Assembly (NCBI GenBank): GCA_022823865.1
Contig: JAJEHF010000215.1
Location: 2,924 to 66,923, forward strand
Length of the DNA stretch: 64,000 bases
Direction: 5' to 3'
Origin: Bryobacterales bacterium
Lineage (GTDB): Bacteria; Acidobacteriota; Terriglobia; Bryobacterales; UBA6623
The notes under the pieces were generated by a model. It saw only the letters and a list, made by a program, of their open reading frames with translations, ran no database searches and was not told the origin of the DNA. Below are positions 56,844 to 64,000 of this stretch, one piece after another (position 1 is the first letter of the stretch; each line of letters starts with the position of its first letter). The translations under genes were made by a program, and so were the position numbers.

Positions 56844-57356
56844 ATGTCGATGTTCGTGGCACGCAAGATTTCGAGCTCAAAATGGGAGAAGCATCCTGAG
56901 TTCGCCGAGGGCGAAATCCAGGCAGATGCGGTGACCGCCGACCTACGGACCAATAAAAATGTGCTTTCGTTCTGGCGTTGTCAAAGCGGCGAGATTACGG
57001 ATGTCGAAAACGTGGCTCTGGCAATCGCAGCGGCAGCGGACCGCATCGAGAAAGTCGATGTGGTGTGGCTGCCCACCGACCAGCTTCTCGAAGATCGCCA
57101 GACATTTATGGACAGCCCCGGCCGGACCCCGGTCGCCGATCTCGTTGATAGTCACGTGGACCTCAGCAGACTTGATCTCGTGCGGCTTGGGCGGCTCGCG
57201 AACCGGGTAGTGGAAGCTATCGGAGCGGGCCGTACACAACGAGTTCCCAGAGCGCGGGTAAAGAGCCTCCTAGTGAATGCCGTACTAACGAATCGAATCG
57301 AGCCCGAGCGGCTGTCGGAGAAGATTCGTAGGGCTCTGAATGCCGAGGGAGGCTAA
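56844..57356 (+). CDS. Hypothetical 170-aa protein
   Basis: Begins 3 nt after the previous stop. The N-terminus ...ARKISSSKWE....EIQADAVTADLRTNKNVLSFW... recalls an unnamed family I have seen in defence islands, but I cannot assign it to a family. Confidence 0.45.
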   Translation: MSMFVARKISSSKWEKHPEFAEGEIQADAVTADLRTNKNVLSFWRCQSGEITDVENVALAIAAAADRIEKVDVVWLPTDQLLEDRQTFMDSPGRTPVADLVDSHVDLSRLDLVRLGRLANRVVEAIGAGRTQRVPRARVKSLLVNAVLTNRIEPERLSEKIRRALNAEGG

Positions 57357-57359
57357 CTG

Positions 57360-57614
57360 GTGCATAGGCGTCAGACTATTCTCTGCTCAAGCAACCAAGA
57401 TCAATCGTTCGTTGCCGAGGTCCCCGAGACACGTAGGGGCATGAAGTTGGGCGCTGATCAGGGAACTGTCCACCGGCGCGTCATTGACGCGATGCAGTTC
57501 TGGATCGAACAGGCACAGGAACGGGGACGGCCCCTCCTGCACCCTAACGGCCAACTCCTGATGCTCGCCGACCGCGTGTGGCAACAACCACAGCAAGCAC
57601 CTCTCCAGCCATGA
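57360..57614 (+). CDS. HicB-like (antitoxin-fold) small protein, diverged
   Basis: GTG start with a GAGGGAGG RBS 7 nt upstream. ...SFVAEVPETRRGMKLGADQGTVHRRVIDAMQFWIEQAQERGRPLLHP parallels the HicB pattern ...fvAevPeLpGc.a.G.T.eEA....eA...wie.a.e.G.piP.P. Its stop overlaps the Res start (ATGATGA). Confidence 0.45.
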   Translation: MHRRQTILCSSNQDQSFVAEVPETRRGMKLGADQGTVHRRVIDAMQFWIEQAQERGRPLLHPNGQLLMLADRVWQQPQQAPLQP

Positions 57615-60337
57615 TGAAGCTCCGTTTCGAGCCCGACCTCGATTTTCAGTTGCAAGCGGTGGATGCCGTATGCGGTCTCTTCCGCGGTCAGGAGATATGC
57701 CGGACCGAGTTCACGGTCACGCGGGATCCACTGGACCCACAAGAGCGACTGGCGTTTTCTCAGAACGATCTCGGAGTCGGCAATCGACTGACCCTGCTCG
57801 ACGACGAGATTCACGAGAACCTGAAAGACATCCAGCTCCGCAACGGTCTGCCGCCGTCCGAGTCGTTGCACTCGGGGGACTTCACTGTGGAGATGGAGAC
57901 CGGGACCGGCAAGACCTACGTATATCTGCGCACGGTCTTCGAGTTAAACAAGCGCTACGGCTTTACCAAGTTCGTCATCGTCGTGCCGTCGGTCGCGATC
58001 AAGGAAGGCGTCTACAAGTCGCTCCAGATGACAGACGACCACTTCCGTGCGCTCTATTCGGGCACGCCATTCGATTACTTCCTCTACGACTCGACAAAGC
58101 TCGGCCAAGTCCGCAATTTCGCCACTAGCCCGCAAATCCAGATCATGGTGGTAACAGTCGGAGCCATCAACAAGAGGGATGTCAACAATCTCTACAAAGA
58201 CAGCGAGAAAACAGGCGGCGAAAGGCCGATCGATCTCATCAAAGCCACCAGACCTATTCTGATCGTGGACGAGCCCCAAAGCGTGGACGGTGGCCTCGCA
58301 GGGCGAGGCAAGCAAGCCCTCGACGCGATGAATCCGCTCTGTACGCTACGGTACTCGGCGACACATGTGGATAAACACCACATGGTCTACCGGCTCGATG
58401 CCGTTGACGCGTATGAACGCAAGCTGGTCAAGCAGATCGAGGTGGCGTCCGCCAACATCGAAGACGCCCACAACAGGCCCTATGTCCGGCTGATCTCAAC
58501 AAACAACAAACGCGGCGTCGTCAGCGCCAAGGTCGAAGTCGATGTCGAAGTCGCCGGACATGTACGGCGCAGCGAGAGGGCGGTCCACGATGGCGACGAT
58601 CTCGAACAGGAGACGGGGCGGGTAGTCTATCGCGATTGCCGCGTCGGCGAGATAAGGGTTGGGAAAGGAAACGCACTCATTGAACTGCGGGTGCCGGGCG
58701 GCGAGCACTTTCTCCGGGAGGGCGAAGCCTACGGCGATGTGGATGCATCAGCCGTCCAGCGGCAGATGATACGACGGACCATTCGCGAGCATCTCGATAA
58801 AGAGAAACGCTTGCGTCCACAGGGGATCAAGGTCCTGAGCCTCTTCTTCATCGATTCTGTGGAGCGCTACCGTCGCTATGACGATGCGGGCCAACCGTGC
58901 AAAGGTGACTATGCCCGAATGTTCGAGCAGGAGTACCAGCGCCTTGCTCGCCATCCCGACTATGTTTCGCTGTTCGAAGAAGTGGATCTCACAGCGGATG
59001 TCGTAGATGTCCACGATGGCTATTTCTCGATCGACAGGAAGGGGGGCTGGACGGATACCGCCGAAAACAACCAAGTCAATCGCGACAATGCTGAGCGTGC
59101 CTACAACCTCATCATGAAGGAAAAAGAGAAGCTACTGAGCCTCAACGAGCCTCTCAAGTTCATCTTCTCCCATTCAGCATTGCGCGAGGGTTGGGACAAC
59201 CCCAATGTCTTCCAAATCTGCGCTCTGCGGGATATCCACACCGAGCGTGAGCGGCGGCAGACCATCGGACGCGGCCTGCGTCTTTGCGTCAATCAAGGCG
59301 GTGAGCGCTTGCGTGGCTTCGAAGTGAACACGCTGACGGTAGTTGCAAGGGAGAGCTACGAGGAGTTCGCAGAGAACCTCCAACGGGAAATCGAGGAAGA
59401 TACTGGAATCCGCTTCGGGGTCATCGAGCCGCACCAGTTCGCACAGATTCCAGTTATCGACGATGATGGAGCAAAGTCCGTTCTTGGGTTCGACAAGTCG
59501 CAGGTCCTGTTCGACCATCTACAGGCTGAAGGCTACCTCGACGCAAAGGGGCGAATACAGGACTCCCTACGCAATGCGATCAAGGCCGATAGTTTCTCGA
59601 TTCCTCAAGGATTTGTCGAGCAGCGGACTGACATCGGTTCCGTTTTGCGCAAATTCGCTGGTCGATTTGAAATCAAGAATGCAGACGAGCGCCAAGCCGT
59701 CCGCCCGCGCCAAGCTGTGCTGGACGCCGCAGAGTTCAAGGCATTGTGGGACCGCATCAAGCACAAGACTACCTATCGCGTGGCCTTCGACAACAAGGCC
59801 CTTCTAGAAAAATGCGCCGCTGCGTTACGCAAAGCACCACCAATCCCAAGAACGCGGCTGCAATGGCGTAAGGCCGACGTGTCCATCGGTCAGGCGGGAG
59901 TACAGGCTACCGAAATCGCCGGGGCGTCGACGGTCGTTTTAGATGAGGTCGACATCGAGCTGCCAGACTTGCTCACGGAGCTTCAGGACCGGACGCAGCT
60001 CACTCGGCGCAGCATCCACAATATTCTTGTTGAAAGTGGGCGCCTCGACGATTTCAAGCGGAATCCGCAGCAGTTCATCGAAATTTCCGAGCAGGCCGTC
60101 AATAGTTGCAAGCGACAGGCACTCGTGGACGGCATCAAGTACCAGCGAATCGGGGATGAGTCCTACTACGCCCAAGAACTCTTCGAGCAAGAAGAGCTCA
60201 CCGGCTACCTCAAGAACATGCTCGATGCCCAGAAATCGGTCTATGAGAAAGTCATTGTAAGCGGACGTTATATCTCGGTCCGCCGGGACGTAATACCCGG
60301 CCCAGGACTTAAAGTAATACCTCAGCCCAGTTTCTGA
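57611..60337 (+). pseudogene. Type III restriction enzyme Res-subunit helicase, apparently truncated before the C-terminal endonuclease domain
   Basis: Helicase motifs METGTGKTY, ILIVDEPQS and HSALREGWDNPNVF. After ...KSVYEKVI the expected DS.vE...PD-(D/E)xK segment is absent. The last ~26 codons (VSGRYISVRRDVIPGPGLKVIPQPSF) are unrelated, and the DNA there is AT-richer. Confidence 0.65.
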
Positions 60338-60404
60338 CGACCACAACATGTAGTGGTGTAGGCCGCACCTAAAAACGGTCCTGCGCTGGCGCCAACGAGG
60401 TCGA

Positions 60405-60836
60405 CTAGAAGCGGAGGACGCCTCGCGCAACTCGGTCAGATTCGGCTGTCCGGAGGTCAGGCAGGCGTCGTCGCAGAGCCTTCAGCGAGAGCACTGGGTA
60501 GCCGCGCCTGGCCGCTTCGGATTGGTAGCGGCGAAGGGCGGCAGCGACGCTCGAGCGCGGAATTCGCCGGTATTCCGCCGCGAGCAGTTGCAAGGCCTCG
60601 GCGGGCAGCTTGACCCTGGGCCGGCCGCCGCATGGGGCGCCCCGATTACGGTCTAGCGCTCGCGAGTTGCCGAGATTGTTTTCGCGCCATCGCCTCCAGA
60701 GGTACAGGCTGGCCCGGGAGACGTTGCGCTTGCTCGCGACGATGACGGCCGCCGCGCTCCAGCTCATGCCGCTAGCGGCAAGGCGGTCGCAATCGCTCAA
60801 GCACTTAGCCCTGAAGAATCTATCGGGTTGCGGCAT
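60405..60836 (-). CDS. HTH DNA-binding protein; possibly the N-terminal fragment of a Mu/Tn-type transposase or a phage regulator
   Basis: HTH-like ...SGMSWSAAAVIVASKRNVSRASLYLWRRW..., then ...GRPRVKLPAEALQLLAAEY...GYPVLSLKALRRRL..., which resembles Mu-type DNA-binding subdomains. No catalytic domain follows. The start (60836 vs 60896) is uncertain. Confidence 0.4.
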   Translation of the reverse strand: MPQPDRFFRAKCLSDCDRLAASGMSWSAAAVIVASKRNVSRASLYLWRRWRENNLGNSRALDRNRGAPCGGRPRVKLPAEALQLLAAEYRRIPRSSVAAALRRYQSEAARRGYPVLSLKALRRRLPDLRTAESDRVARGVLRF

Positions 60837-60892
60837 GGAGATGATTATACGGCCCCTTGAAGGCCTCTTCAAGCATCGCTGAAGGGCATTTC

Positions 60893-61870
60893 TCACGCCG
60901 TGGGAACCTCCGCCGTGACGCTGGTCGAATAGCCGCCGCCGCTGATCCGGTGCACCGCCCGAACGCAGATCCAGCGACGGTCGAGGCCGTCCCTGAAACC
61001 CTTCAGGCGCAGCTCCGCCTCGGCCGCGACCTCGGGCTTTCCGGGCTCCAGCTCGATCGCCAGCCGGCCGGTGCCGCGCAGCAGCTCTCGCAGTTTCGCG
61101 CGAGCGGCGTCGCGCGCCTCTCCGGAGCTCGGATACAGCCGCCGCAGCGCGTAGACCGGCTCCCCCGATCCCGCCTCCTCGGTGACGCTGCCGGCCGCCT
61201 GAGCGTCGCGCCAGCGCGCCGTCACGGCGCTATAGTCGCCCCTGTCGGCCAGCGAGGCTCGCCAGCGCGAGGCGTCGGCCGGCCCGATCTCGACGGCCGG
61301 CATGCGCCTGCCGGTGGCGCTGGAGGCCTCCCCGCGCGGCACCAGCAGCAGCTTCCCCTCGGCCGGCTTCGCGATCGCGTCGTAGTCGCGGGCGACCCTG
61401 GTCAGCAGGTGCAGGTCGGACTCCTCGGTCTGGTCCAGGTGAGGGATCCGCACCGCTCGCAGGGACTCTCCGACGCGGCCTTCGAGGCCGTGCTCGGAGG
61501 CGATCCCGGCGACCAGCTCGCCGAGCGAAACATCGCTCCAGGAGCGCGACTTGCGAGACTTCAGCGAGCTGCGCATGTCGGCTCCCCGGGCGCGGATCAC
61601 CAGCGTGTCCGGCGGCCCCTCAAGGGCCGTCTCGTCGACCGTGAACTCTCCGGCGGGAGTCATCTTACCGTCCAGCCAGCCCAGCGAGATCGACAGCCGG
61701 GAGCCCTTGCGCGGCAGCGCCACCGCCCCGTCGCGATCGTCGATCCGGATCTCGGCCGAGTCGGACTGCTCGCCCGCCTCGTCGGTCACCGACAGCTGCA
61801 GCAGGCGGTCGCGGATCGCCTCGGTGGCGTCCTGGGACTCGTCGACCTCGATGCGAAAATCGGGCGTCAC
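60893..61870 (-). CDS. Phage late control protein D (P2 gpD-like tail/baseplate hub protein)
   Basis: 325 aa with the gpD-like pattern ...PDFRIEVD...DITDRLLSLSVTDEAG..SD.AEI.IDDRDG... and ...DQTEESDLHLLTRVARDYDA.AKPAEGKLL.VPRG. Confidence 0.85.
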   Translation of the reverse strand: MTPDFRIEVDESQDATEAIRDRLLQLSVTDEAGEQSDSAEIRIDDRDGAVALPRKGSRLSISLGWLDGKMTPAGEFTVDETALEGPPDTLVIRARGADMRSSLKSRKSRSWSDVSLGELVAGIASEHGLEGRVGESLRAVRIPHLDQTEESDLHLLTRVARDYDAIAKPAEGKLLLVPRGEASSATGRRMPAVEIGPADASRWRASLADRGDYSAVTARWRDAQAAGSVTEEAGSGEPVYALRRLYPSSGEARDAARAKLRELLRGTGRLAIELEPGKPEVAAEAELRLKGFRDGLDRRWICVRAVHRISGGGYSTSVTAEVPTA

Positions 61871-61874
61871 GCGA

Positions 61875-62084
61875 TCACTCCCAGAGCCTCACGGCCTCGC
61901 TCCGCCTGCTCTCGGCGGGCAGCTCCGGCAGCTCGATGAGCACTCCGGCCGGCAGCAGCGGGCCCCTGTCCGCCAGCCCGGGATTGGCCTCCAGCACGAC
62001 CTCGGCCGCGCCGGGCCGCGGGCCGTAATGCCGGCGGCTGATGGCGTCGACCATGTCGCCCTCGCTGGTCAGGTACGCGGCCAT
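61875..62084 (-). CDS. Phage tail protein X (P2 gpX-like)
   Basis: 69 aa. ...GDMVDAISRRHYG......VLEANPGLA......LPAGVLIELPE is the gpX/LysM-like pattern. Confidence 0.8.
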   Translation of the reverse strand: MAAYLTSEGDMVDAISRRHYGPRPGAAEVVLEANPGLADRGPLLPAGVLIELPELPAESRRSEAVRLWE

Positions 62085-62087
62085 TGC

Positions 62088-62492
62088 CTAGCCCTCCCCG
62101 TCCTCTCCGTAGAACGCGAGCGAGATCTGGAATTCGACCTTTCGGGGCGCCCCGCCGGCCAGGTGCGCGCTGCCGGTATCGCGGATCCGCGTGATCACCC
62201 ACAGGCCGAGCACCTTCCCGTCGCCGCCCACCAGGCGCAGCGGCTCGCCCTTGGCGGCCTCCGCGCGCATGGCGTCCAGCTGGCCCAGCCCCCCGCGCCA
62301 GGCCGGGTAGATCGTCCCGCGCAAATCGATCGTGTCGTCCCCCGGCCCCAGCCACTGCCGCGCCGGCGTCCGGCCGACGCGGTCCTGCCGGTGCCAGCGG
62401 TATTCCTGCGCGCGAGAAAGCTCGCCGTAGGCCGCCGTCGAGACCGAGAAGGCGTATGCTCCGAGCTTCAGCAGCTGCGCGTCATCCGGCAT
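62088..62492 (-). CDS. Phage tail protein U (P2 gpU-like)
   Basis: 134 aa. ...LGAYAFSVSTAAYGELSRAQEYRWHRQDRVGR.PA.QWLGPGDDTIDL.G.IYP... is the typical gpU pattern. Confidence 0.85.
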   Translation of the reverse strand: MPDDAQLLKLGAYAFSVSTAAYGELSRAQEYRWHRQDRVGRTPARQWLGPGDDTIDLRGTIYPAWRGGLGQLDAMRAEAAKGEPLRLVGGDGKVLGLWVITRIRDTGSAHLAGGAPRKVEFQISLAFYGEDGEG

Positions 62493-64000
62493 CGTAGAGT
62501 CCCTCCAGGCGGCCCTGCCGCTGGGCGTCCTCGAGCTTCTCGATCACGCGGTCCGCCAGCTCCTCGGCGCTCTCCCCGGGCAGCTGCTGGATCGAGATAC
62601 GGACATTCCACGTGACGGAAGGAGCGGGCGCAGGCTCGGGACGGCGAGCCTCGGAAGGCTCGGCGCGGATCTCCGCTGCCGGCAGCGGAGAGTCCGGTGT
62701 CGTGTCCGTATCGCCCGCGGGGATTCCCGCGGCCGCCAGCGGGACCGCCAGCGCCGTCGCGGCAGCGGCCGTCGCCAGGCGGGGCGCGCGCCTGCCGCCC
62801 AGCTGTCGCGCGGCCGGCTTGCCGGACTCCTCGATCCCGGCCTGCTCGATCTTCCCGGCCAGAGCCGGATCGTGGAACACTTGGCTCGCGAAGGAGCCGA
62901 TCTTGTGCCCGGCGAGACCGCCCGCCACGCTGCCGAGGAGCCCGCCGATGACTGTCCCGACGACCGGCACGACCGACCCCAGCGCCGCTCCCAGCGCCGC
63001 GCCGGCCATGGCGCCGCCGATGCCTCCGGCCTCTTTCGTCACTCCGGCCGCCTTCTCCCCGGCGCTGAGCTTCTTGTCGAGCAGCGTGCCGCCTATCGCG
63101 GCCGCCCCGATCAGGGCGCCCGCGATGCCGGCCTTGCCCTTGAGCATGCCGAGCGCCTGCCGGCCGCGGCCGCGGCCGAATTCGAAGACCTTGCCGGCAA
63201 GGCCCCGGAAGCCGCCCTTGCGCAGGCCTCTGAGCTTGTCTCCCAAGCCCCGGAAGCCCCGTCCGGCCTTGCCCGGGGGAGCGCCCCCGGCCGGGCCGCC
63301 GATGGCATCCGCGAGCACCGCTGCCTTGCTCCTGCGGGCCTGTTTCCCGAGGAACGCGATCGCCAGGCCCAGGTTGGTGACGGCGGTAACCACCGGCGCG
63401 GCGATCAAGGCGACGGCGCCGGCGGCTCCCAGGGCGCCGACGAGGATTCGCGTCCAGACGGGCGCCCCCTCCGCGAAGCCGGAGATCTTCTCCGCCAGCC
63501 ACTCGACCATCGGGGCGGCCGCCTCCAGCGCGGGGATCAGAGCCTCCCCGATCTTCAGGCCGACCTCGTTCCAGCGCGCCTCCAGCTTGTCCATCCTGGC
63601 GTCGAAGTTGTCCTCGTCGGCCGCGTCGACCGCGTCGCGCACCGCTTGCGCGCCTCCCTCGCCGGCAGCGCGAATGTCGGCCTCGGCGGCTCGCAGCGCG
63701 TCCGCCTGCCCCCACAGCGAATCGAAGAAGCGCACGGCCTCCTCGGACCCGAAGGCCTGCCTGAGCGCCTCGCCGCGCTCGCTCGCGCCCATGCCGCGGA
63801 ACTCGCGCTGCACCTGCTCGAGCAGGTCCGCCAGCGGCAGGACGTTCCCGCGCGCGTCCAGCGTCCGGACGCCCAGGCCCTGCTCGCGAAAGTACTCGTC
63901 GGCCTTGGCCGCGTTGGCCGCCAGGGCCTTCAGGGCCGTGCCGGCCTCGCCGGCCTCCATCTTCGACTGCAGCATGCCCAGCGCCGCGAACTGCGACTCC
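62482..64000 (-). CDS. Phage tail tape-measure protein (gpT-like), N-terminus outside the window
   Basis: The ORF is open to the window edge. Ala/Gly-rich with a TMP core (...EAGTALKALAANAAKA...) and hydrophobic Gly-rich segments. Overlaps the gpU start by 11 nt. Confidence 0.8.
   Translation of the reverse strand, partial: ESQFAALGMLQSKMEAGEAGTALKALAANAAKADEYFREQGLGVRTLDARGNVLPLADLLEQVQREFRGMGASERGEALRQAFGSEEAVRFFDSLWGQADALRAAEADIRAAGEGGAQAVRDAVDAADEDNFDARMDKLEARWNEVGLKIGEALIPALEAAAPMVEWLAEKISGFAEGAPVWTRILVGALGAAGAVALIAAPVVTAVTNLGLAIAFLGKQARRSKAAVLADAIGGPAGGAPPGKAGRGFRGLGDKLRGLRKGGFRGLAGKVFEFGRGRGRQALGMLKGKAGIAGALIGAAAIGGTLLDKKLSAGEKAAGVTKEAGGIGGAMAGAALGAALGSVVPVVGTVIGGLLGSVAGGLAGHKIGSFASQVFHDPALAGKIEQAGIEESGKPAARQLGGRRAPRLATAAAATALAVPLAAAGIPAGDTDTTPDSPLPAAEIRAEPSEARRPEPAPAPSVTWNVRISIQQLPGESAEELADRVIEKLEDAQRQGRLEGLYDAG

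Larger units (their letters stand above)
60405..64000 (-). mobile_element. End of a P2/PhiCTX/R-pyocin-like contractile-tail prophage or tailocin (T-U-X-D module plus terminal HTH gene)
   Basis: Collinear tape measure, gpU, gpX and gpD genes with short gaps or overlaps. The block looks GC-richer than the adjacent defence operon by eye and continues beyond the window. Confidence 0.75.

Noticed and set aside
49370-60337. Reading the SNF2 + adenine methylase locus as class 1 DISARM or as BREX.
   Set aside because: The operon has no DUF1998 (DrmB), no DrmA-type helicase and no separate PLD (DrmC) gene. It also has no PglZ, BrxC or BrxL. The DUF4391 and type III Res components point to a different module.
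1-64000. Scan of the whole window for CRISPR arrays, rRNA and tRNA genes, IS elements with terminal inverted repeats, and integrases.
   Set aside because: I saw no regularly spaced direct repeats, no rRNA-like or cloverleaf-forming segments, no DDE/rve or tyrosine-recombinase catalytic motifs, and no paired terminal repeats. A computational scan (tRNAscan-SE, Infernal, ISEScan) would be needed to exclude them formally.

Overview
High-GC bacterial chromosomal window, probably from an Acidobacteriota-like soil bacterium. That guess is an inference from a VWFA-type 'acidobacterial' VWA protein, NHL and FG-GAP repeat exoproteins, and a HEAT/cytochrome-c 'membrane-bound dehydrogenase' protein. Housekeeping genes (dnaG, glnE, an MrfA/MrfB-like helicase-exonuclease pair, an acyl-CoA ligase, a PQQ dehydrogenase) are interspersed with three accessory blocks. 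(1) 0.9-17.8 kb holds a Rieske oxygenase and a flavin-halogenase pseudogene, convergent on a long minus-strand operon. The operon has the parts list of an NHLP/TOMM-type RiPP system: mini-HlyD, C39 peptidase-ABC exporter, second ABC protein, and a fused E1-like/YcaO cyclodehydratase. Its only leader-bearing gene is a 432-aa NHLP-leader::alpha/alpha-toroid (prenyltransferase/terpene-cyclase-like) fusion. It also carries an AlkB-like hydroxylase fused to a catalytically dead GlnE-like domain. (2) 49.4-60.3 kb is an eight-gene, translationally coupled, partly AT-richer defence operon. It reads SNF2 helicase - DUF4391 - beta-class N6A methyltransferase - [TIGR04255-like + HEAT-like + 170-aa unknown + HicB-like] - type III Res helicase, and the Res nuclease end appears to be missing. 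(3) 60.4-64.0 kb is the T-U-X-D end of a P2/R-pyocin-like contractile tail module that abuts the truncated Res gene. Other features are a HigB/HigA-like TA pair, an orphan AbrB/MazE-like antitoxin and a lone PD-(D/E)xK-like nuclease gene. Three ORFs are interrupted: two by in-frame TAG codons and one by a -1 frameshift. I saw no rRNA, tRNA or CRISPR array. All calls rest on reading motifs in the supplied translations and DNA; no database search was possible.
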